Assembly (NCBI RefSeq): GCF_009914755.1
Contig: NC_060940.1
Direction: 5' to 3' (one strand)
DNA length: 64,000 nt
DNA from: the human T2T-CHM13v2.0 reference genome, Homo sapiens
This document shows, piece by piece, positions 28,618-46,803 of this stretch. Made by a program: the position numbers and the translations under genes. Within the stretch, counting starts at the first letter, position 1, and the number at the start of each line of letters is the position of its first letter. The notes under the pieces are model-generated. The model was not told the DNA's origin. It was given only the letters and a program-made list of their open reading frames with translations, and did no database searches.

Positions 28618-28772
28618 GCAAGTAATGGGTGTGAAAACCTGTGGTGCTGCACTTGTCTCAAGAGCCAGCCACAGATACTACTTTTACCCAGGACAGTGTA
28701 TGACTTGTAAATTTAGTCTGTTTTTATTCCAGGTCAGCCTACAGTTACACTGTCTGTCCATTTTATATATTT

Positions 28773-28777
<5 letters not shown>

Positions 28778-28809
<32 letters not shown>
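28778..28809. repeat. (CA)n microsatellite in intron 2
   Basis: About 15 AC units. Confidence 0.95.
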
Positions 28810-28810
<1 letters not shown>

Positions 28811-28901
28811 TTTTTTAATATGACTTGTCTGCCACTCCTCATATTTGCTTGCTACAAGTTGAGGCCAGCAGGAACTCTAGGAAATGAGAAAAGGGTGATG
28901 A

Positions 28902-29040
28902 TGGCCAGGCATGGTGGCTCACACCTGTAATCCCAGCACTTTGGGAGGCCAAGGCAGGAGGATCGCTGAGCCCAGGAGTTCAAGACCAACCTGGGCAACA
29001 TAGTGAGATCCCATCTCTATTAAAAAGAAAAAAGAGAAAA
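28902..29040 (+). mobile_element. FLAM/Alu left monomer in intron 2
   Basis: GGCCAGGCATGGTGGCTCAC...GAGATCCCATCTCTA + A-rich tail. Confidence 0.88.
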
Positions 29041-29786
29041 AAAGGGCTATGGTGCATTACAGGTGACAGGCACTTAGATACACAGTCCCAGGCCTGGCCT
29101 AAGGGTTCCTGTTGGAAATACAAGAGTTATTGGGTTGTTTCCTTCCTTTGTTCTGGGGTTAGGGCTTGGCCCTGCCATGAACTAGCAATATGACTTGGTC
29201 AAGCTACTTGACCTCTCTAGACATCAATTCACCTGTAAGAATTGATGGAGATAATAATAGTGCCAAAATTATAGAGTTGTGGTAAAACTATGTAATGCCG
29301 TGTAATAAACAATAACTCATATTGTTATTACTTTTCCAGGACAAAACAATGTTATACATCTGTTCCCAACCTTTATGGTATAACCTTATTTTAATTTTTC
29401 ATAATTACTTTTTTATTCTGTTACTGTTAGAAGAAACCATCATTTCTTCCTCTTGGGACAGAAGCATTTGCTACTAATGACAATAATAGGTGATGCTTCT
29501 CAAGGAGCTTGCTGTGTGCTAGCCATTTGCTAGGTGCATTACATGTATTCATTGGTTTTCTTAACAACTTACTGGATTTTCATAACAATCCACTTCACAG
29601 ATGAGGAAATTGAGGCATGGCAATGTGCAATAACTTACTTGGGTGCTAGAGGGAATTCAGACCTCCTTCTGAGTCCTACACATCATTCTTTCTTTTCATG
29701 CCATTTAAATGTTCTGAGATAAAAATGGATATGACTTTGTGGGGTGTGAGGTCAACCCTGACTTGTCTTACTCCCTTGTTTCCCAG

Positions 29787-30017
29787 ACTTTTATCGGACG
29801 TTTTCGCCGCATCATGGACTCCTCACAGAATGCTTACAACGAAGACACTTCAGCCCTGGTAGCCAGGCTAGACGAGATGGAGAGGGGCTTATTTCAAACA
29901 GGGCAGAAAGGACTGAATGACTTTCAGTGTTGGGAGAAGGGGCAGGCTTCTCAGATCACAGCTTCCAACCTCGTTCAGAATTACAAGAAGAGAAAATTCA
30001 CTGATATGGAAGACTGA
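29787..30017 (+). CDS. GINS3: GINS3 coding exon 3, aa 141-216 + stop
   Basis: Pyrimidine tract + TCCCAG|ACT. Translates TFIGRFRRIMDSSQNAYNEDTSALVARLDEMERGLFQTGQKGLNDFQCWEKGQASQITASNLVQNYKKRKFTDMED*. 62+78+76=216 aa. Confidence 0.98.
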   Translation, partial: TFIGRFRRIMDSSQNAYNEDTSALVARLDEMERGLFQTGQKGLNDFQCWEKGQASQITASNLVQNYKKRKFTDMED

Positions 30018-31440
30018 AAGCCGGAAGAACACAGAATGGCTCCTCACAGACGTATCCCTCCGTGTGTCCTTGATAGGAGCTGGTTGACCTTGTACAGAAC
30101 CAGAATCCTGTCCCATTTCATGGCTTATTTCCTGTGGCCATAGAGAATTATAGGGAACTGGACATGCTGGAGGATGTGGGTGTCCCTGGCTCTGTGAGTC
30201 TTCCAGGACCGTCCCACCCTGCTGACCCACAGCCCAGGCCCTTTAACCCAAGAACCCATGGCCAAGGAGAAATCAAAGTCCTTCCTAAATAAGAATCACT
30301 GCCATATAATATATCACAGTAGAGTTGCAACTGAGATTCCTTGTGTCTGGGAGTTTGGACAGCTTCAGATGTACAGTTTCACTAGCCACAAAGCACAGGT
30401 ACAAACTGGGTCATCGCCTGTTCACAAAATGCTCTCTTGATCTTATTTGCCTCATCTTCCTCATGGTTGTACAGAGGATAGCACCCCACCATGCCAGCCT
30501 GACTTGGAGATATCTCCTGCTGCCTGCCTGCAGGGAGTTACCCCAGTTTCCAAAAACAGTCGCCCAGATAAAGAAGGAAAAGGGAAAGGCAGACGAATGG
30601 CATGGCTTTTACTAAAGAAAAGATGTTGGCCTCATACTCTATACTCAGGGCTTAATGAACTGGAATCTGCATAACTCAGCAGTCAACCCAGAAGGGAAAT
30701 GGTTAAACTGAGCTTGTTATTGCCTCGGAGAGCCTAAGAGCACCCGCACACTTAATTCTACTCCCTGTCTAGAAAAGCTGTCAGGGAGTCGTTTGGAATT
30801 GCAATGTAGTTATTAAGGGCTGTTAACCAGCCTGCATTACATCTGGAAGTCAGGACTTGGGTGCTGACTATGAAGGGCCCTGTTTTCAAAATCTAACATT
30901 GCAAGTGTAAATGGGCAAGAAGCCTCCGTTGTGCTTTTTTTTTCCTCTTCAGTAACTTTTGCAACATTATTGCATAGAAGATCCCTGACCATTTACTAGG
31001 AACCTGGTTAAGCAAGCACTAATCTCTTTTCCTGGAGATCAAGGATGCAACCTCAGGTTGAGAAAGAAACAGGGTTCCCTGGGCCCATTAGACTGTTTGC
31101 AGGGCATCACTGCTTCCCCCTGACACCTCACAACTAGCAAAAATTGTCTTTGTCTTTGGAAATTATAGAGGGATTTGGGTATCCAGATTGTGCAGATGCA
31201 AACTTAGGCTGTCTTGATGCAAACTTAGAACCACAGAAATGCTTTTAAAATGCCTGTTTTAAGATGGAATTGTTGTTTTTATAATTTGATTTTAGTGCTA
31301 AATAAATGATTGGCTTTGTACATGAATATGTTCTGTACAAGTGCTCTTTCACTAGTACTACAGATAATCAAAGCTATCAGAATTGTGTCTTTGATCATAT
31401 TTGACGGTAATACACAAATAAATCCATGTTTTAGCAGCTG
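30018..31440 (+). other. GINS3: GINS3 3' UTR (approximate end)
   Basis: Largely unique sequence between the stop codon and AATAAA at 31301/31417. Confidence 0.75.
31417..31422 (+). terminator. Likely main polyadenylation signal AATAAA (a proximal AATAAA lies at 31301-31306)
   Basis: Upstream TGTA motifs at ~31317 and ~31335. Downstream U/GU-rich CTTTTGCTTGTGTGGT at ~31443. Confidence 0.7.
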
Positions 31441-32665
31441 CTCTTTTGCTTGTGTGGTACACATAAATAGGAGGTACATTCTCTGTAGGAGGGTGCTGTG
31501 TCCTAGGAAGATGAGATTTCCATTACTACCGCAGCATTTATATATAGCCAGGGCCCGAGAAACCATTCATAGAGCGAGAAAAGCATATTATTTAACTTTT
31601 GGCATCATTCTTTTCACACATAGCTTTATATTTAAAGTCAACTCTAAGTCTGCTGCCATTTTTTCCTACTTCCTAAAAAAAAGAAATTCCTCAGGGGCCA
31701 TGTGTCAGGAATATGTAGGTATTCATGTCCAAAACTTAGCCCCTATTTTACATTTTGAACAGATTATATTACATGTAGCTTTTGAACTCATTTTCAATTA
31801 CAGATCTGCCTTCAAGCCTGTCGGACTTCCCCTCTCCCCAGCAGCCCTCCAGTTAGTCGTTTAGATTTTGATTTGGTCCCTTCAAGAGGTTAATTTTTCA
31901 AAAAACACAACAAATGGGCTCAAATACCAAATTGCTATCAAACTCCAGGGAGTAAAGCTGTGCCCTTTCCCCTGAAGCACTCTGTTCCCACATGACTGTG
32001 GCCTTACAGACAGAAGACCTCAGTATATATAGGTTTTTCCCAGGGACAGTGTGGGCTGCCAGGAGCAGTGGGGCAAGGCTCTGTCACTGTTGATTCCTCC
32101 TGCTGTTCGTGACCTCTGGATTTGGGTGGCTCTGGGCTGTCCATGCCTCTCCATCTCCACGCAGATGGCTCCCAAATTCCTATCTCCAGCTCAGATCGCT
32201 CCCTCCAACTCCAGACTTGTATCCAATCCCCTGCTTGATGTTTCTACGTCTCCACGGCCTGCTCCTCCTCTGATGTTTCCCATCTCCATTTTTTACAACT
32301 CCATCCTTCCCTATTGCTTAGAACAAAAACGCTATGTCCCCCCCTGACCTTCCTCCTCTCACGCTCCATATCTTTTGGGTCTGCCGTCAAATCATTTGCA
32401 GCATCCGGCCACCTCCCCATCACCTGTGGTGCTGTCACTCGGGCCAGGCCCCTACCGTTTCTTTCCTGGAGTTTTGGGATCACCCCCTAACTGCCTCCCT
32501 GCATTCACCCTCCACTCCATCTTCAGACTCTTCTCACCATAGCAGCCAGAGTGCTCTTGTTAAGAAGTATATCCAATCTTGTCGATTCTCTGCTCAAGAC
32601 CCTCCCATCTCAGAGAAAAAGGATAGTCAGTTATCCCAGCACACTTTGTTAAAAACTAATCTTTG

Positions 32666-36060
<3,395 letters not shown>

Positions 36061-36683
36061 AATATTTGCCTTTCATTGAAATTTTTACTTTTCCCCTAGT
36101 ACTTGCGACTGACGGGAAAAGGCCTCTGATTTTACTTAGAACTTTTAGCATTCTTTCTCTTTGACAGCAATAACTTGATTTTCTTCTCCTTTCTCTTCTG
36201 GCACTCTCTAGCTAATTTTCTCTGTGTCTAAATGAGTTTAAAACAAGCATGGCTTTCTACACCAACATGATTAAGTGTCAGCATAGCTCTGAAAATAGTG
36301 CCTGGGAACTGCCAGTGTTTCAGAATTCATAATGGTGCACATGGAATCAGCTCATCCTGCAAACATCTCCCACCCGTGGCTCAGGACAAAGAAAAAATCA
36401 GGCCGAGCGAGGTGGCTCCTGCCTATAATCCCAGCACTTTGGGAGGCTGCAGCAGGAGGCTAGCTTGAGCCTGGGTGTTTGAGACCAGCCTGGCCAACAT
36501 GGTAAGACCTCGCCCCTGCAAAAAATAAAACATTAGCTGAGCGTGGTGGCTCATGCCTGTGGTCCCAGCTACTCAGGAGGCTAAGATGGGAGGACTGCTT
36601 GAGCCCAGGGAAATTGAGGCTACAGTGAGCAGTGAGAGCGCCACTGAACTCCAGCCTGAGTGAAGGGAGTAAGACCCTGTCTC

Positions 36684-36950
36684 AAAAAAAAAAAAAGAAA
36701 AAGAAAAGAAAGAAAAGGAAAGAAGAAAGAAAAAAGAAAGAAGAAAGAAAAAGAGAAAGAAAGAGAAAGAAGGAAGGAAGAGAGAAAGAAAGAAAAAAGA
36801 AAAAGAGAAGAAAGAAAGAAAGAAAAGGAAGGAGGGAGGGAGGGAAAGAAGAAAAAGGAAGGAAGAGAGGAAGGAAGGAAGGGGGAGGAAGGAAGGGAGG
36901 AAGGGAGAGGAAGGGAGGAAGGAAGGGAGAAAGAAAAAAAGAAGAAAGAA
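36684..36950 (+). repeat. 267-nt pure purine tract (expanded tail of AluJ 36401-36700)
   Basis: Only A/G from 36684 to 36950 (GAAA, GGAA and GGGA units). Confidence 0.95.
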
Positions 36951-37494
36951 CCCAGAGTTTCAAGCCTTTACAGCGCTTTCTGCTCCTGTATCACCCTTGA
37001 GAGAGAAGTTTATTTCCAGGTTTAAAAAAAAAAAAAGTTTATTTGATTCTCACATGACTTGTATGTCTCCTTTTGTACAACAAAAATTCTTCCTTGAGGG
37101 CATTTTCTTTTCTTTGGACACAGGAAAGCAAACAGGTAGCTAAGGAGTATAGATTCAAGTGCAGCAAATGAGGCACATACAAGAAAGTGTCATTCATTGA
37201 AGGGAAAGTAGGCAGGCGCGGTGACTCACCTGTAATCCCAGCACTTTGGGAGGCTGAAGTGGGTGGATCACTTGATGTCAGTAGTTTGAGACCAACCTAG
37301 CCAACATGGTGAAACCCTGTGTCCACTAAAAATACAAATATTAGCCAGGCGTGGTGGCATGCGCCTGTAGTTCTAGCTACTTGGGAGTCTGGGTTACGAG
37401 AATTGTTTGAACCTGAAAGGCAGAGGTTGCAGTGAACAGAGATCACACCACTGCACTCCAGACTGGGCCGCAGAGTGAGGAAGAGTTAGTCTTC

Positions 37495-37625
37495 AAAAAA
37501 AAAAAAAAAAAAAAAAGAAGAAGAAGAAAGAAAAGAAGAAGAAGAAGAGGAGGAGGAAGAAGAAGAACAAGAAGAAGAAAGAAAGAAGAAAGAAGAAGAG
37601 AAAGAGGAAGAAGAAGAAGAGAAAG
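37495..37625 (+). repeat. A/(GAA)n-rich tail of AluS 37211-37516
   Basis: Poly-A followed by interrupted GAA/GGA triplets. Confidence 0.95.
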
Positions 37626-37843
37626 TGTGCTTGGGATTTGTTTTGAGGCTTGTTAGACTGGAGGCAGACACTGGTATTAAAAGCCAGCATTACCAGTCAT
37701 GGAGGAGAGAGATGTCAATGGTTGTTCCCAGAGAGTGGCCTTATCTTAATAGGACCGAGAGGACTTAGCACTCAGCTATCTCTTTGGTTCAGGAGCAGAA
37801 CATTTTAAAAACTGTTTCAAAGGACACTTGTTTTCTAATTTAG

Positions 37844-41866
<4,023 letters not shown>

Positions 41867-41868
<2 letters not shown>

Positions 41869-42064
41869 TTTTTTTCTTTTTTTTTCTGTATTTTTTTTAT
41901 TATTATATTTTAAGTTCTAGGGTACATGTGCATAACGTGCAGGTTTGTTATATATGTATACATGTGCCATGTTGGTGTGCTGCACCCATTAACTCGTCAT
42001 TTACATTAGGAATATCTCCTAATGCTTTCCCTCCCCCCTCCCCCCACCCAACAACAGGCCCTGG

Positions 42065-42065
<1 letters not shown>
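41867..42065 (-). mobile_element. 5'-truncated L1PA (PA3-5-like) 3' end
   Basis: TTATTATTATATTTTAAGTTCTAGGGTACATGTGCA...GCTGCACCCATTAACTCGTCATTTACATTAGG...CCCTCCCCCCTCCCCCCACCC. Confidence 0.93.
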
Positions 42066-42357
<292 letters not shown>

Positions 42358-42583
42358 ATATGTATTATCTCATTTAATTTCCACAAAAACCCTAAGAGAT
42401 GAATTATTGTTATCCCCCTTTTACAGATAAAGAAATAGACTCAGTGAGGTTAAGTGTGTGCCGAAGGTCACACAGCAACCAGTGCTGGGCCCAGGGCTGG
42501 AAACCAGGTCAGGCTGATCCTGAGATCCGACTCTTCTCTGCTCTGCTGCACTGTGCGATGAGCAACAGAGCAGGCCAGGGCAG

Positions 42584-42820
42584 CCTCTTCCCACCGCACT
42601 ATCAGGTGTCTCTCGCTTCAGTCCTGGTCCTCCCAACACCGTTTCTATAGGACTTGCCATCCCCTCTTCCCACCGCACTATCAGGCGTCTCTCGCTTCAG
42701 TCCCGGTCCTCCCAACACCGTTTCTATAGGACTCGCCATCCCCTCTTCCAACCGCACTATCAGGCGTCTCTCGCTTCAGTCCTGGTCCTCCCAACGCCAT
42801 TTCTATAGGACTCGCTATCC
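42584..42820. repeat. 79-bp tandem repeat x3
   Basis: Units start at 42584, 42663 and 42742: CCTCTTCCCACCGCACTATCAGGYGTCTCTCGCTTCAGTCCYGGTCCTCCCAACACCGTTTCTATAGGACTYGCCATCC. Confidence 0.97.
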
Positions 42821-45800
42821 CTTCTAAGTGTCTCCTTTGGCAAAATTGGCCCAACCTATGCCTATGTCATATCACCATTATCTGCAGTAAAAACAGGACT
42901 CCTCCTTCTGTTTCAAAAGACTGCTCATGTCATTGACAACCCGTGCTCATTCTCGAGATTGCAAGCTGCTATTTTTGAAAAGTTATTTTGCATGACATTT
43001 TGCCTCAGGGGCCCTTGGTCTGTTTAATCTGGGTATCTCAGTTGGCAGAACACTGTGTGGCTCTCCGGATTGATTACATGTGTCTAATCTGCAGCTCTGG
43101 CTGTTGCAAAAACTCCCTTGCCTCCTTCTCTCTGCCTCACCCCCAACTGCCTTGCTCAAAACAGGTGATGGGTGGCTCATGGTTGGTCCGGAGGAAGGGG
43201 GAATCCGAGAAAGCAGAGGCTACACAGTTCAAACAGTCCCCTGCAGGGCAGGCTTGGCTGTTTTCTGGCTTCTTCTGCTGGGAATTTCACTGACAGCAGA
43301 AATTAATCCCACTTATTCACTCATTCATTCGCCCCTCCAGTGAGGGTCTGAAGTCAGGAGTGGAATGGTCATCCCTCACTGCCCTGTGGAGTTTACACTG
43401 TAAAGGGCAAGGCGGACTATAAACGGGATTACAATAAGATCTGTGAGGTGAATTAAAGGGCATGTGTAAATAAAGACAGAGTCTCGCTCTGTCACTCAGG
43501 CTTGAGTGCAGTGGCACAACCCTAGCTCACTGCAGCTTTGAACTCCTGGGCTCAAGCGATCTCCACGCCTCAACCTCCCAAGTAGCTAGTACTACAAGTG
43601 TGTGCCACCACATCTGGCTAATTTTTCTTGTTCTTAATTTTTATAGAGACGGAGTTCTCACTATGTTGCCCAGGCTGGTCTAGAACTCCTGGCTTCAAGC
43701 AATCATCCCACCTCAGCCTCCCAAAGATTGGGATTACAGGTGTGAGCCACTTTGCCCGGCTTTCAGGGACCTTCTTTAGTGAGTCCAAAGAGGGGCTCTC
43801 TGAGGAAAGATGCAGAGCTGGCTGGGTGAAGAGCCCAGAGGAGGTCATCATTCCAAGCAGCGAGAGGAGGTCCTGGGGCAGGAAAAGGTGAGAAGTGTGT
43901 GGCTTGGTTGGCCTGCTTTAAGAAACAAAAGCAGGCCTGGGTGGCAGAGGTGTGGATGAGAGTGACAGGAGATGAGGGAGTGGGGAGGAGGCAGAGAGCA
44001 GATCTTTTGAGGCATGAATATGATAGAGCTGGCCGTAGGGGTGGAGCTGACAGTCAGGGAGTGGGAGGACATTATTAGATCATCACAAGTGTGAGCCCAG
44101 GACGGGCCATACACATTGCCTTGAGAGCCTTTGGCAGGGCCACCTTCCAAGTCAGGCTGTGTGTGACTGGAGGGCCTCCGGGGAAGGTAACTTTTAAGCA
44201 AAAGTCCATAACAGGAACTGGCTGCAGTGACTCATGCCTGTAATCCCCCTGCACTTTGGGAGGCCAAGATGGATCACTTGAGGTCAGGAATTCGAGACCA
44301 GCCTTGCCAACATGGCAAACCCCGTCTCCACTAAAAATACAAAAAATAGCCAGGCATGGTGGTGTGGCCTGTAGTCCCAGCTACTCAGAAGGCTGAGGCA
44401 GGAGACTCACTTAAACCCGGGAGGTGGAGTTTGCAGCGAGCCCAGATCATGCCACTGCACTCCAGCCTGGGTGACAGACCAAGACTCCGTCTCAAAAAAA
44501 ATAAATAAATAAACCCACCACAGTGGTTCTCAAAGGTGTGGTCCCCAGGCCAGCTGCATCAGCACCACCTGTGAATTTGCTAGAACTACAGATTCCAGCG
44601 CCCACCCCAGACCTACTGAGTCCTCCAGAGCACAGAGCACGGAGCCTAACACGTGCTGAATTCATGGCCTCCGAATTGCAAGCTGTCAAGTTCCAGAGTG
44701 TGCTGACGTGTTAAGATGCACAGAGTCGTGTCATGGGGACACACCCTAGCCAGCAGGTTGTGCCCACCCCGGCGTGGAATGAGGACAGAGCCCAGCTTGG
44801 GTGGGTTTAGCTGATTTTAAGGTGCCAGGGTAGAAACAGAAATGCGTCTGCACAGCTGTGCTGGGTGAAATTTCACACTTGGCAAGGTGTGAACAGAATT
44901 AACATTTGCTGGAACAGGTTGGAAGCCTTTAGGCTGTGAGTTACAAAATCAGGCAAAGAAAGAAAAAAAAAGGAAGGGGGAAAATTAGGTGATCTTCAAC
45001 CTCATTAACTCAAGCCCAGCTGCAGAGGATGTTACCAAATTATCCACTAAGAAAACCCACCTGGGGCTGAGAATAAGCCTGAGACTTCAGGCCCCAGGGG
45101 TCCTTTTGAAAAGAAAGTTCTCCGCCTGAGAACAGTTGCTCTCACGAAAGCGCCTCCTCCACAGCCCCTGCAGAGCATCAGGCCTCGACACTTTAATTGC
45201 TCCGATAGAAACAAGCTAATGGGGTTTTAATAAAAATAGAACCCAAATAGGCGTTGATCCCCTATTTTTTGCAACCAGAGGCACTGCCACAGTTTCAGTG
45301 CCATCGGTGCTAGCTAGGGGGGTCTCCATGCCATGAGACCCTGGTGAGAATTAAATAAGGAAAACAAGCTTATGGATTCGATATTTTGAGAGCTTCAACA
45401 AAAACCAGAACTCTGTCAACAACAGCCTGGTTTATCCTAGGTCCAGGGAAAAACAGGTCAAGACACATGCCCCAAATCACTAAAGGCAATAAAAGCTTGG
45501 TAGGGGTAGGGGTGCCCGCGGTCCTGCTCCCCAGCACTGGAGTGAGCAGGACACTGGCTGCCCCTCAAGATAATTTGAATCTTCAAAAAGTAAGTAAGAT
45601 GTCCGTTTTTTGGCCAGGTGTGGTGGCTCACGCCTGTAATCCCAGCACTTTGGGAGATGGAGGAGGGTGGATCACCTGAGGTCAGGAGTTCAAGACCAGC
45701 CTGGCCAACATGGCATAATCCTATCTCTACTAAAAATACAAAAATCAGGTGGGCATGGTGGCTCACACCTGTAATCTCAACTACTCAGGAGGCTGAGGCA

Positions 45801-46430
45801 TGAGAATGGCTTGAACCCAGGAGGCAGAGGTTGCAGTGAGCCGAGATTGCGCCACTGCACTCCAGCCTGGGCGACAGAGCAAGACGCTGTCTCAAAAAAA
45901 AGTCCGTTTTTAGTGCATCTGTAGTTTCAGGTAGGATCATTTAGTAATTAGGGGTCCAGGCTCTGGGCTGGGAGCCCCCAAGTTCAAACCCCAGCTTTGC
46001 CATTTTGGAGCCACGTGACGTGGGAGTACGGTGCTTAGCTCAGTGCCCCACTTTCCTCATCTGTAAAACGGGAACCATGATTATACTCACCTGGTAGGAT
46101 TTTGAGGTGCACTAAATGGGTTCTATGTAAAATGCTTAAAGCAGTGTCCTGCACGTGGTAAGCCCTTGAGTAATGCTGGCTAGTGGGGGAGATCGGGAAT
46201 AAACAAGTAACAATGAGGATTTCAGACAGGGATAGAACCGTGAAGAAGACAAGCAGGCTGAGGTGGTAAATAATGGGGGCAAGAGGGGTGGCTGCACTGT
46301 AAGAAGGGCCCTCTGGGTAGTCTGTGGAGCCACCGGACACACAGAGGCCTGGAGCATCCAGGCAGGGGAGCCAGGAAGCCAAATCTTTAAATGGGGAACA
46401 GTGTAGGCATTCCAGGCTGGAGAAGGATGG

Positions 46431-46803
46431 TGATATAGTTTGACGATGTCTCCACCCAAGTCTCATCTTGAATTGTAGTTCCCATAATCCCCACGTGTGG
46501 TGGGAGGGGCCCCGTGGGAAGTAATTTAATCATGGGGGCGGTTTTCACCGTGCTGTTCTCGTGATAGTGAGTGAGTTCTCACAGATCTGATAGTTTTATA
46601 AGGGGCTTTCCCCCTTTTGCTTGGCACTTCTCTTTCCTGCTGCCATGTGAAGAAGGATGTATTTGCTTCTCCTTCTGCCATGATCGTAAGTTTCCTGAGG
46701 CCTCCCCAGCCATGTTGAACTGTGAGTCAATTAAACTGCTTTCCTTTATAAATTACCTAGTCTCGGGTATGTCCTTATAGCGGTGTGAGAACAGACTAAT
46801 ACA
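46431..46803 (+). mobile_element. THE1 (C/D-like) MaLR solo LTR
   Basis: TGATATAGTTTG...TCTCATCTTGAATTGTAGTTCCCATAATCCCCAC...GAGTCAATTAAAC...CAGACTAATACA. Confidence 0.92.

Noticed and set aside
28295-28930. 211-aa ORF overlapping exon 2 in another frame
   Set aside because: Starts at an intronic non-ATG codon and runs through a CA repeat into an Alu. No recognisable protein.
31310-31864. 184-aa ORF at the end of the 3' UTR
   Set aside because: Spans the poly(A) site, has no recognisable domain, and its composition reflects AT-rich UTR.
36632-37690. Lys/Glu/Arg-rich and Phe/Ser-rich ORFs
   Set aside because: Translations of purine simple repeats.
42584-42820. CRISPR-like regular array
   Set aside because: Units are contiguous with no unique spacers and there are no cas genes in this primate DNA; it is a VNTR.
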